DNA of 24,000 bases, taken from positions 105,493 through 129,492 of the forward strand of contig JAVZCJ010000004.1 of the NCBI GenBank assembly GCA_038874475.1, given 5' to 3'. Positions 7,678 through 16,188 of this stretch are shown piece by piece (positions within the stretch are counted from its first letter, which is position 1; each line of letters starts with the position of its first letter). The notes under the pieces are model-generated. The model saw only the letters and a program-made list of their open reading frames with translations, had not been told where the DNA came from and searched no databases. The position numbers and the translations under genes are program-made. The stretch comes from Nitrososphaerota archaeon (GTDB lineage: Archaea; Thermoproteota; Nitrososphaeria_A; Caldarchaeales; JAVZCJ01).

Positions 7678-8597
7678 TGATAGCTTCTACCAATTTAAAT
7701 AAGAAAGGGTGGAATGCTATATTGCATGAAGCAGGGCGAATTTCCCCATGGACTCAAATTAAAAGCTTTGATAAACGATCATCTATTCAATCAAGAGTTA
7801 AAGCTATTATAAATTATATAATTAATAGACAAAATGATGATGGAGGATATGCTTTTTGTAAAGGCACAGACTCAAATGCTCAAGATACTTATTATGGATT
7901 AGCAATATTAAAATTATTAAAAGCTCCTTTTCCAAATTTACAAAAAACAATTAATTGGTTAAATAATTTTGTTCCAGACAATCTTTATTCATATTTTTAT
8001 ATAGCTAAATCTTTAAAATTATGTGATCAAGAAATAAATAAGAATCTTAAGAATTTCCTCCTTTCTCTTGAAGTTTCTAATGAAGGATTTGGAACATTAG
8101 ATGTTTATGTAGAAGTCTCTTCAGAATTTGAAGCTACATTTATGATTACTGAACTTATAAATATGTTAAATCTTAAAATCAATAATGAGAAAATAATTAA
8201 ATGGTTATTAAAATATCAAAATAATGATGGCGGATTTGGAGCTCATGAATATTCAAACTTAAGTTCAACTTATCATGCTATAGCTTCCCTTTTCAATCTT
8301 GGTTATCCTATTAAATCTCTTACTAAAACTCTTGAATATGTTAGGTCTTGTGAAAAACCCTCAGGAGGTTTTACTGTAGTACCAGATATTTCTAAACCAT
8401 ACATGGAACATACATATTATGGAACAATGATTATTGATTTATTTGGTGAAAATTTAAAATACCCTGAAAATACTTCTCAATTTGTTTTAAATTGTCAAAA
8501 TTCAAATGGTGGATTTGCAAGATCTGAATTTGGAATATCAACTTTTGAAGATACTTTCTATGCTGTTAATATATTAAGAAAAATTGGCAAGATATAA
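7668..8597 (+). CDS. alpha/alpha-toroid protein with prenyltransferase/squalene-cyclase-type repeats
   Basis: Six helical-hairpin repeats, four with the classic motif: NRQNDDGGYAF..DTYYGLAILKLL, KYQNNDGGFGA..STYHAIASLFNLG, CEKPSGGFTV..HTYYGTMIIDLFG, CQNSNGGFAR..DTFYAVNILRKIG. There is no in-frame ATG near the 5' end. Candidate starts are TTG 7668 (inside hairpin 2) or TTG 7722, which has GGGTGG 9 nt upstream and seems more plausible. Confidence 0.7.
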   Translation: MRGLIASTNLNKKGWNAILHEAGRISPWTQIKSFDKRSSIQSRVKAIINYIINRQNDDGGYAFCKGTDSNAQDTYYGLAILKLLKAPFPNLQKTINWLNNFVPDNLYSYFYIAKSLKLCDQEINKNLKNFLLSLEVSNEGFGTLDVYVEVSSEFEATFMITELINMLNLKINNEKIIKWLLKYQNNDGGFGAHEYSNLSSTYHAIASLFNLGYPIKSLTKTLEYVRSCEKPSGGFTVVPDISKPYMEHTYYGTMIIDLFGENLKYPENTSQFVLNCQNSNGGFARSEFGISTFEDTFYAVNILRKIGKI

Positions 8598-8606
8598 AAG
8601 GCGAAG

Positions 8607-9392
8607 ATGATGATTAAAAAAGACGCATTAACAATAACAATTTTTGAAAGTATTAAAAAATCAGATATATGCCCATTATGTTATCTTTGGTTAAAAAACG
8701 AAGAACGCTATATGAATTATCTTCTTACAAATGAAGTAGTAATGAGCCCTGAATTTGGAGAGAAAGTTTTAGTTGCTAAAGGATTTTGTAATCGTCACAT
8801 GCATTTATTATATAAAACTGCTTATGGAGGGCATACTGAAAATGGTTTAGGATATGCTCTTTATATGCAAAAAGTTATTGAAGAAATTTATAAAGATTTT
8901 GAAATATTGCTTAATAATTTAAATAAACTTAAGAATTTAGAAAGCAATATTTTTAATAAAAAAAGAAAACAAAAGGAAATTTCATTATTATATAATAAGA
9001 TTATGCTTGCAATTAAAGGAAGGAAAAAATGTCCAGCATGCGAACATTTAGAATCAATGGATAGTATATACATACATACTTTAATTCGAATGTTAAATGA
9101 TAAAAATTTTAGAGAAGAATTTAAATCATCAAATGGTCTTTGCCTCCCTCATTTTTCTTCTATTATTAAAATGATTAATCAAAGCAAAATTAAGAACCCA
9201 ATTATTATAATTCAAACACTTTTTGAAGCAGAAAATAAACAAATTCAATTGATAAAAAATTATCTTTCAGAATTTATAAGGAAGCATAGTTGGGATTTTA
9301 GAAATGAAGCTTTTGGACCTGAAGCTAATGTAAATTATATGATTTTAAACATATTAACAGGTGTAGAAAGTCTCTATTTATTGAAACTATAA
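8607..9392 (+). CDS. uncharacterised protein with two CxxC...CxxH modules (putative zinc-binding)
   Basis: A 261-aa ORF starts 10 bp after the toroid gene, so the two are probably co-transcribed. Module 1 is CPLC(22-25)...GFCNRH. Module 2 is CPAC(152-155)...GLCLPH. The C-terminal part reads KHSWDFRNEAFGPE. No catalytic motif was recognised. Confidence 0.6.
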   Translation: MMIKKDALTITIFESIKKSDICPLCYLWLKNEERYMNYLLTNEVVMSPEFGEKVLVAKGFCNRHMHLLYKTAYGGHTENGLGYALYMQKVIEEIYKDFEILLNNLNKLKNLESNIFNKKRKQKEISLLYNKIMLAIKGRKKCPACEHLESMDSIYIHTLIRMLNDKNFREEFKSSNGLCLPHFSSIIKMINQSKIKNPIIIIQTLFEAENKQIQLIKNYLSEFIRKHSWDFRNEAFGPEANVNYMILNILTGVESLYLLKL

Positions 9393-9418
9393 ATTTTTAT
9401 CATTTAAAAAATGCATTG

Positions 9419-9814
9419 TTAAAAATTATTCTTTATTTCTAAAATTAATTTTTGTCCTTTATGATCATATACTGCAACATTTCTTTCATCTATAAATGGA
9501 AAACTAACAATCATAAGTATACTCCCAAAGAAATGGTTTAAATCCATTGCAGAAGGATTTAAATTTCCAGAGGGATGAGAGTGTACTGTTCCAATAATAG
9601 AAAAATCTATTGACAGCATATGAAGTGGAATACTAGCGAATCCCCAACCATAAGTTGCAAGCGGAGGAACAATTAATTCAGTAATATTGATCAAATTCTT
9701 ATTTTTCTTACCTCTAAGAAATAAAATCATTTCTTTTGGATAAATTTGTTTTGCACTTTCAAAAATTGCTTGTAATAATTCTTTATTGATTGAAATTATT
9801 ACGCTGCTTTTCAT
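9419..9814 (-). CDS. JAMM/MPN+ metalloprotease (archaeal stand-alone JAB domain)
   Basis: The complete JAMM signature is present: an upstream Glu (PKEMILFLRG), then GTVHSHPSGNLNPSAMD, which matches HxH-x7-S-xx-D. The 131-aa size is typical of archaeal AfJAMM/HvJAMM1-like proteins. Confidence 0.8.
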   Translation of the reverse strand: MKSSVIISINKELLQAIFESAKQIYPKEMILFLRGKKNKNLINITELIVPPLATYGWGFASIPLHMLSIDFSIIGTVHSHPSGNLNPSAMDLNHFFGSILMIVSFPFIDERNVAVYDHKGQKLILEIKNNF

Positions 9815-9948
9815 AATATCTAAAATTAGAAACTTATATTTTAATATTTTAAAAAATAGATTATTAATCTAAGATAAATTTTTTACTTTAACAATTTTTA
9901 TAAAAAATATATGGTGTGTTTTACATGTGATCATATTATTGAAATAAG

Positions 9949-10028
9949 ATAAATATGCATTACAAAAAACAATCATTCCAAGCAAGCTTAAGAAATTAAA
10001 GAAAGAAATTATTTCAAAGATAAGTTAA
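9949..10028 (+). repeat. 80-bp direct repeat, copy 2 (orphan 3' fragment of the NTase gene)
   Basis: Identical to 6139..6218. The reading frame is closed by TAA at 9945..9947, so this copy is non-coding. A weaker resemblance to the NTase gene (aaaaaatata...ttttac) may extend about 45 bp further upstream. Confidence 0.95.
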
Positions 10029-10072
10029 TAAAGGAAAAACTTTTTTGAAGTTATAATATATTTAGTAGTTTT

Positions 10073-10876
10073 TTATTCTTTTTCTTTAAAAGGATTAATA
10101 TCATTAATGAATTTTCTAATAACATCTAAAGCATTATTTATCCATTCTATAATCAATTCCCCAATACTTACAATTAAATCTAAAATTTCCCTTCCAACAT
10201 CAATAATTGTATCTACAAATTTTTTACCAATATCTATAATTGCTTCTAATATGCTTTTTCCAACATTAACAATCGTATTTCCAATGCTTATAATAGCATC
10301 TCCTATTTTTTCAAGAGGGTTTTTCTCTTGTTTAATACTTGAATTTATTAAAGATGTAGTTGAAGTGGTTATCGTAGTTTTTATTTCACTTTCGATTGTA
10401 GTTTCTTCTTTTATTTCTATTTTTCTATAATATGCAATAATTTCTCCATAATTATTTTGAACTATCAAATAATTATATGACGAGTTTTGTGAATAACTTA
10501 ATTTCCCTCCAATTATTTCCCAATGATCAAATTCATATCCTTCTTCTGGCTTATATTCTATACGGTATCTTTCATTTTTTGATAATTCTATATAACTTGG
10601 TAAAGGATAATTCTTATTATCAATACGTATAATCCCTTCATTTTCAGATTTATTATTTACACATATCGATTTTAATTCAAATACATTATGTATAGCAATT
10701 CCGGTTTCAAAAGAAAAACATTCATTTTGTTTAATATTTTTTATTAAAAGAGAATTTACATTTATTATTAATTGTGAAGTAATAATATCAAATAATATAA
10801 TAATCAATAAAATGGAAATTATATTTTTAAATATTCTATTCTCTAAGCATAAGTGATACATAGTATTCTCCTCCAT
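10073..10876 (-). CDS. membrane-anchored surface protein: N-terminal TM, beta-rich GYxFxxW domain, Thr/Ser linker, C-terminal hendecad-repeat tail
   Basis: TM segment IFKNIISILLIIILFDIITSQLII. The domain block YRIEYKPEEGYEFDHWEIIGG..IIAYY resembles bacterial/archaeal surface-repeat domains. The linker is KTTITTSTTSLINSS. The tail is an 11-residue periodic I-x-x-[IV]-G array. Alternative start at ATG 10861. The gene overlaps the upstream pilin-like gene by 26-41 nt. Confidence 0.6.
   Translation of the reverse strand: MEENTMYHLCLENRIFKNIISILLIIILFDIITSQLIINVNSLLIKNIKQNECFSFETGIAIHNVFELKSICVNNKSENEGIIRIDNKNYPLPSYIELSKNERYRIEYKPEEGYEFDHWEIIGGKLSYSQNSSYNYLIVQNNYGEIIAYYRKIEIKEETTIESEIKTTITTSTTSLINSSIKQEKNPLEKIGDAIISIGNTIVNVGKSILEAIIDIGKKFVDTIIDVGREILDLIVSIGELIIEWINNALDVIRKFINDINPFKEKE
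10097..10309 (-). repeat. coding tandem periodicity (7/11-residue repeats, 33-bp period) in the tail of the surface protein
   Basis: KIGDAIISIGNTIVNVGKSILEAIIDIGKKFVDTIIDVGREILDLIVSIGELIIEWINNALDVIRKFINDI. Conserved Gly residues are spaced 7, 7, 11, 11, 11 residues apart. The hendecad consensus is x-[IF]-[LVI]-[DE]-x-I-[IV]-[DS]-[IV]-G-x. Confidence 0.7.
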
Positions 10877-11354
10877 CTAAAGTATAAATTGTGATGTATA
10901 TTCTTTGACCAATAGAAGCTGCATATGGTGGAATCCCTATTCCAACCCCTCCAATTTCTCCAGGTTCTATAGGAATGAATGTTTTATCGTTTAAAGGATC
11001 TAATTCTTCGAATGTTTTTGCACTACCTACATCTACAGTTGTTTCAGGTGCAAAATCTTTAAACGACTTACCATTTATTGCTACATTGCATACTTTTACA
11101 GTTTCTTTTCCAATATTTTTAAATTCAATAATTATAAAGAAATAATCATCAAATGTTTTTTTACTAAAAACATAAGTAATTTCCATTTTTTTAGCATTCA
11201 TATATTTTTCAGTTGTACTAGAAATCCATGCAACAATGACTATTGTAATAATAATGCATATTGCAATTAAAATTATTGTAGTTTTTATTATACTTATTCC
11301 TTTTTTATTTTTATACATATTTTCTCTTTTTATCAAATTATTAACTTTTTTCAT
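10836..11354 (-). CDS. archaeal type IV pilin-like protein (class III signal peptide)
   Basis: N-terminus ..MYKNKKG|ISIIKTTIILIAICIIITIVIVAW matches the [KR]G|(I/A/Q)S + hydrophobic helix pattern processed by prepilin peptidase. The globular part contains FKNIGKETVKVCNVAING, typical of archaeal pilin-domain proteins. The true start may be the internal Met (MYKNKKG) at 11318. Confidence 0.6.
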   Translation of the reverse strand: MKKVNNLIKRENMYKNKKGISIIKTTIILIAICIIITIVIVAWISSTTEKYMNAKKMEITYVFSKKTFDDYFFIIIEFKNIGKETVKVCNVAINGKSFKDFAPETTVDVGSAKTFEELDPLNDKTFIPIEPGEIGGVGIGIPPYAASIGQRIYITIYTLDGGEYYVSLMLRE

Positions 11355-11387
11355 CGCTTCAACTTGGAAATTGAAATAAATTTAAAT

Positions 11388-11523
<136 letters not shown>

Positions 11524-11616
11524 ATCTTAAATTGTTATTTTTCTTCCTATAAAATTTTTCTTTAAAAAAGAAATATAAATTCTTTTATTCTCTTTTATTT
11601 CATTTTTTATGAAAAT

Positions 11617-12669
11617 ATGAATAATAACATATGGGCTTTAAAAATTTTTAAAAAGGATGGAGAAAAAGCTTTAAAATTAATAAAAGAAAAAAATTTACTT
11701 AATTCAAATTATAAAATCATAAGTAATGAAGAATATTTATTCATTCCATTAAAAGAAAAAATTGATGAAGATTTTTTTAAAAATAGGCTTGATTATTATT
11801 CTATTATTTTAAAAGATTTTCCTTTAAGATTAATTAAGCCAAAAAGTATCGAAGAATATTTATTAAAAAAATATGGAAAAGATATTGCAAATTTAGCTCC
11901 AAAATCTTTTGAAATTATTGGTAATATAGCTATTATAGAATCTAAGAAAGAATATGAAAAATATATAAAAGATATTGCAGAAGCAATAAAAAATGTTCAT
12001 AAAAATATTGATACAGTTCTTTTAAAGAAAAGTTCTATTAGTGGAGAATATCGTATTAGAGAATATGAAGTTTTAACTGGTTCTGGAAAAACAGAAACTA
12101 TTCATAAAGAAAATGGTTGTATTTTTCTTCTTGATATTAGAAAAGTTTTCTTCTCTTCTAAACTTTCAACAGAACATTTACGTGTAGCATCTCAAGTAAA
12201 AAATAATGAAATTGTTGTTGATATGTTTGCTGGAATAGGACCATTTTCAATACTTATTGCAAAACTTTGTAAAGCTTCTTATGTTCATTCTATTGAAATT
12301 AACCCTCATGCATATGAGTATTTAAAGAAAAATATTGAAATTAATAAAGTAAGCAATAAAATTGAAGCTATATTAGGAGATGCAAGAGGAGTTCTTAAAG
12401 AAAAAGAAAATTTTGCAGATAGAATTATTATGAATCTTCCTTATAAAGCTAAAGATTTTTTAGATATAGCATGTAAAATTGCTAAACCTAAAGCATATTT
12501 ACACTATTATTGTGTTTGTAAAGAAGGAGAAGAAGAAAAAGCTATTAAAGATTTTATGGAAAAAATTCAAAGATTTGGAAGGAAAGTTAATATTCTTAAT
12601 TATAAAAATGTTTTAGAAATTGCTCCTAGAAAATATACTCTATGTATAGATACTGAAATTTTAACTTAA
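11617..12669 (+). CDS. trm5: tRNA (guanine37-N1)-methyltransferase, Trm5/TYW2 family
   Basis: The SAM-binding block VVDMFAGIGPFSI and the catalytic-loop MNLP motif are both present. The 350-aa size and domain order are typical of archaeal Trm5. Confidence 0.8.
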   Translation: MNNNIWALKIFKKDGEKALKLIKEKNLLNSNYKIISNEEYLFIPLKEKIDEDFFKNRLDYYSIILKDFPLRLIKPKSIEEYLLKKYGKDIANLAPKSFEIIGNIAIIESKKEYEKYIKDIAEAIKNVHKNIDTVLLKKSSISGEYRIREYEVLTGSGKTETIHKENGCIFLLDIRKVFFSSKLSTEHLRVASQVKNNEIVVDMFAGIGPFSILIAKLCKASYVHSIEINPHAYEYLKKNIEINKVSNKIEAILGDARGVLKEKENFADRIIMNLPYKAKDFLDIACKIAKPKAYLHYYCVCKEGEEEKAIKDFMEKIQRFGRKVNILNYKNVLEIAPRKYTLCIDTEILT

Positions 12670-12715
12670 ATTAATATTTTAGTAATTTTTTATTTTTAAT
12701 AGAGGTTATAAGAGT

Positions 12716-13753
12716 TTGGGTGTAAAAATAAGAGAAATAATTCCTCCAGAAGCAATAGCAACTATTGAATTAGAAAATCTTAATGGTAAAGCTATTGCTT
12801 TTGATGCATATAATATTCTTTATCAATTTCTTTCTATTATTAGAAGCCAAGATGGAAAACCTTTAATGGATTCAAAAGGTAGAATCACAAGTCATTTAAG
12901 TGGATTATTTTTTAGAACAATAAATTTTATTGAAAAAGGAATTAAGCCTGTATTTGTTTTTGATGGAAGGCCCCCTGAACTTAAGAGAGTTACAGTTGAA
13001 GAAAGAGAAGAAATTAGAAAAGAAGCTGAAGCTCTTTATAAAGAATATTTAGAAAAAGGAGAAATAGAAGAAGCAAGAAAATATGCTATAAGATCTGCAC
13101 AATTGAATGAAGAAATAATAAATAGTGCTAAAAAATTGATTGAATTAATGGGAAATCCATGCATTCAAGCCCCTTCTGAAGGTGAAGCTCAAGCTGCTTA
13201 TCTTGCTTTAAAAGGGGATGTTTATGCTTCTGCTTCTCAAGATATGGATTCTCTTTTATTTGGTTCTCCTAGACTTGTTAGAAATCTTTCAATAGTTGGT
13301 AAAAGACGCTTACCAGGAAAGAAAGCATATGTTGAAGTTAAGCCTGAAATAATATATCTTGATAAAATGCTGAATGTATTAAAAATTAGTAGAAAAGAAC
13401 TTATTGATATTGGAATACTTGTTGGAACAGATTATGCAGAAGGAATATATGGAATTGGGCCAAAAAAAGCTTTAAAATTAATAAAAGAATATGGTTCTAT
13501 AGAGAAAGTTTTAGAAATTCAAAAAGCTTCTTTATCAATTGATCCATCTATTATTAGAGATATCTTCTTAAATCCAAAAGTTACAGATAATTATTCTATA
13601 GAATGGCATGAACCAAATTATGATGGAATAATAAAATTTTTATGTGATGAACATGATTTCTCTATTGAAAGAGTACAAAATGCATTGGATAAATTAAAAG
13701 AATCATTATTAAAAAGTAAAGGTAAAACAAGCTTGGATATGTGGATTAAGTAG
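12716..13753 (+). CDS. fen: flap endonuclease 1 (FEN-1)
   Basis: Canonical N-terminus MGVKIREII. The XPG-N block is [11 protein letters not shown] and the XPG-I block is [23 protein letters not shown]. The H3TH is [20 protein letters not shown]. It uses a TTG start with GAGGT about 9 nt upstream. Confidence 0.95.
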   Translation: MGVKIREIIPPEAIATIELENLNGKAIAFDAYNILYQFLSIIRSQDGKPLMDSKGRITSHLSGLFFRTINFIEKGIKPVFVFDGRPPELKRVTVEEREEIRKEAEALYKEYLEKGEIEEARKYAIRSAQLNEEIINSAKKLIELMGNPCIQAPSEGEAQAAYLALKGDVYASASQDMDSLLFGSPRLVRNLSIVGKRRLPGKKAYVEVKPEIIYLDKMLNVLKISRKELIDIGILVGTDYAEGIYGIGPKKALKLIKEYGSIEKVLEIQKASLSIDPSIIRDIFLNPKVTDNYSIEWHEPNYDGIIKFLCDEHDFSIERVQNALDKLKESLLKSKGKTSLDMWIK

Positions 13754-13973
13754 ATACTATTTCAATCATTTTTTTATCTTTATCTAAAGATGTTACTCTT
13801 ATTTTACCATTTATTTCTAATTTCAATAATGTTGCGTAAAGGTCTTTTAATGTAATATCTAAACCTTTCCTTTTCAATTCTTCTAATAATGTTGATGCTA
13901 AAGTTTTCCCTCCCATTTTATTTATAGTTTCGTATATTGTGATCAAAAGAGAATTATTATGTAACATTTTCAT
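13746..13973 (-). CDS. small hypothetical protein, possible winged-helix fold
   Basis: A 75-aa ORF whose ATG overlaps the cdc48 stop (TAATG), which suggests translational coupling. The helix-rich sequence with [12 protein letters not shown] resembles a wHTH wing. There is no specific family assignment. Confidence 0.5.
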   Translation of the reverse strand: MKMLHNNSLLITIYETINKMGGKTLASTLLEELKRKGLDITLKDLYATLLKLEINGKIRVTSLDKDKKMIEIVST

Positions 13974-16153
13974 TATCCTACTATTGGAGAAGGCCTTTCG
14001 CTTACTCTTATCCTTTCTTTTATCCTTTCATATTCTTTGATCATCGAAGAAGATATGCTTGGTTTAATTGTTTTTAATGCATTTTCAAAATCATTAAAAG
14101 TAACAACATCAGAATTTATATCCCTTCTCATTGCTTGCAAAGCAGCTTCCCTACATATATTTTCTAAGTCTGCTCCTGTGTATCCATCTGTTATTTTTGC
14201 TAAATATTCAAGTGATACATCAGGAGATAATGGCATCTTATTCGTATATATTTTTAATATTTGTAATCTTGCTTTTTCATCTGGTGGAGGAACATAAACA
14301 AGCCAATCCAATCTACCTGGTCTAAGCATTGCTGGATCTATTAAATCTGGCCTATTTGTTGCACCTATAACGATAACATCTGAAAGTTTCTTAACTCCAT
14401 CTATTTCTGTTACTAATTGGCTTATTACTCTATAAGATACTCCAGAATCATCTCCAAGCAATTCTTTTCTCGTAGCAATTGCTTCTATTTCATCAAAGAA
14501 TACTATTGAAGGTGCAGCCATCCTAGCTTTTCTAAATATTTCTCTTATTGCTTTTTCAGATTCTCCAACCCATTTACTAAATATTTCTGGACCATTTACA
14601 AGTATAAAGTTTGCTTCACTTTCATTTGCAACAGCTTTTGCTAAAAGTGTTTTTCCACATCCTGGTGGACCATATAATAATACTCCTTTTGGTGGAGAAA
14701 TTCCCATTCTAGAAAATTTCTCAGGATATTTTAAAGGCCATTCGATTGCCTCAATTAATTTTTGTTTTACTTCTTCAAGACCACCAATATCTTCCCATCT
14801 AACATTTGATACTTCTACTTCAACTTCTCTCATTGCTGTAGGAGTAATTTCTTTATAAGCTTCAAGAAAATCTTTCATTGTTACTTCCAAACTTTCCAAT
14901 AATTCAGGTGAAATATTTTCTTCAGAATATTCTATACTAGGCAAAACTCTTCTAATACATTTCATAGCAGCTTCTCTACAAAGTGCAGCTAAATCTGCTC
15001 CTGTATATCCTTTAGTAAGTTCAGCTAATCCATCAAGATCTACATCAGATGAAAGTGGCATTCCACGTGTATGTATTTGAAGTATTTCTTTTCTATCATT
15101 TTTGCTAGGTATTCCAATTTCAATTTCTCTATCAAATCTTCCAGGCCTTCTAAGAGCAGGATCTACTGCTTCTATCCTATTTGTTGCGCCTATAACTATA
15201 ACTTGACCTCTACTTTCAAGTCCATCCATTAAAGCAAGTAATTGTGCAACAACTCTTTTCTCTACTTCTCCTGTTACTTCCCCTCTTTTTGGAGCAATGG
15301 CATCTATTTCATCTATGAAAATTATGCTAGGAGCATTTTCTTCAGCTCTCTTAAATATTTCTCTAAATCTTGCTTCAGTTTCTCCATAATATTTACTCAT
15401 TATCTCTGGACCATTTACAAGTATAAAGTTTGCTTCACTTTCATTTGCAACAGCTTTTGCTAAAAGTGTTTTTCCACATCCTGGTGGACCATATAATAAT
15501 ACTCCTTTTGGTGGCTCTACACCCAATTTTTGGAATATTTCTGGAAATTTTAATGGAAGTTCTATCATTTCTCTAATTCTTTGAATTTCATCTTTAAGGC
15601 CACCTATATCTTCATATGTTACACTCGCTTTAAGAGCTTTTTCTTGTAAAACTCTACTTTGTATTATAATATTTGTTTTAGGTGTGATTTTAACTACTCC
15701 AGAAGGTTTTGTTTGTAATACTGCAAAAGTAAATAAATTTCCAAAGAATAATACAGGAATAATATTCTTTTGAATTACTGGATAATCTATTAATCTACTT
15801 TTTATTATTCTTGTTAAATTTTCATCAGTTTTTATAGATGTATTAACAGGTGCTAAAGTTATTGAGAATGCTTCTTTTACATCAGCTTTTTTCACTATAA
15901 CATATTCGTTTAGTGATACTCCAGCATTACTTCTTATATACCCATCTATTCTAATAATATCTTTCTCTTTCTCATCAGAGTATCCTAACCATAAAGTTGC
16001 AGCTGCAATTTTTTTACCTTGAATTTCTATAATATCTCCTGTTGAAAGACCTATACTTGCACCTACTTCTCTATCTATACGTGCAATTCCATAACCAACA
16101 TCTCTACGTCTTGCTTCAGCTACTCTTAATCTAAGTTCTTTATTCTTCAACAT
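13973..16153 (-). CDS. cdc48: CDC48/VCP-like AAA+ ATPase (N domain + D1 + D2)
   Basis: The double-psi-barrel N domain reads [19 protein letters not shown]. There are two AAA modules, each with Walker A GPPGCGKT. The Walker B motifs are IIFIDEID and [11 protein letters not shown] and arginine-finger regions are present. Confidence 0.95.
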   Translation of the reverse strand: MLKNKELRLRVAEARRRDVGYGIARIDREVGASIGLSTGDIIEIQGKKIAAATLWLGYSDEKEKDIIRIDGYIRSNAGVSLNEYVIVKKADVKEAFSITLAPVNTSIKTDENLTRIIKSRLIDYPVIQKNIIPVLFFGNLFTFAVLQTKPSGVVKITPKTNIIIQSRVLQEKALKASVTYEDIGGLKDEIQRIREMIELPLKFPEIFQKLGVEPPKGVLLYGPPGCGKTLLAKAVANESEANFILVNGPEIMSKYYGETEARFREIFKRAEENAPSIIFIDEIDAIAPKRGEVTGEVEKRVVAQLLALMDGLESRGQVIVIGATNRIEAVDPALRRPGRFDREIEIGIPSKNDRKEILQIHTRGMPLSSDVDLDGLAELTKGYTGADLAALCREAAMKCIRRVLPSIEYSEENISPELLESLEVTMKDFLEAYKEITPTAMREVEVEVSNVRWEDIGGLEEVKQKLIEAIEWPLKYPEKFSRMGISPPKGVLLYGPPGCGKTLLAKAVANESEANFILVNGPEIFSKWVGESEKAIREIFRKARMAAPSIVFFDEIEAIATRKELLGDDSGVSYRVISQLVTEIDGVKKLSDVIVIGATNRPDLIDPAMLRPGRLDWLVYVPPPDEKARLQILKIYTNKMPLSPDVSLEYLAKITDGYTGADLENICREAALQAMRRDINSDVVTFNDFENALKTIKPSISSSMIKEYERIKERIRVSERPSPIVG
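14586..14695. repeat. 110-bp intragenic repeat, copy in the D2 Walker-A region of cdc48
   Basis: 110/110 identical to 15405..15514 at an offset of 819 bp (273 codons). It encodes [37 protein letters not shown]. Confidence 0.95.
15405..15514. repeat. 110-bp intragenic repeat, copy in the D1 Walker-A region of cdc48
   Basis: Identical to 14586..14695. The flanking bases differ immediately on both sides. Confidence 0.95.
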
Positions 16154-16188
16154 TTCTATAATATAATATTATCTGGCTATTATTAAGT

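Noticed and set aside
7631-7680. Possible C/D box sRNA (GCGAUGA ... CUGA, 50 nt apart)
   Set aside because: The C box has C instead of U at position 2. No credible internal D'/C' boxes exist (no UGAUGA or CUGA inside). There is no terminal stem. The hairpin interpretation fits the sequence better, so it is kept only as a generic structured element.
8888-10430. Track ORFs 8888..9073 (minus) and 10107..10430 (plus)
   Set aside because: Both are antisense shadows of longer ORFs, the Cys-rich protein and the surface protein. Their low-complexity I/L/F/S-rich translations come from reading K/E/I-rich codons backwards.
14037-15463. Track ORFs 14037..14297, 14131..14325 and 15242..15463 (plus)
   Set aside because: All are antisense to cdc48, whose reading frame carries complete AAA+ motifs.
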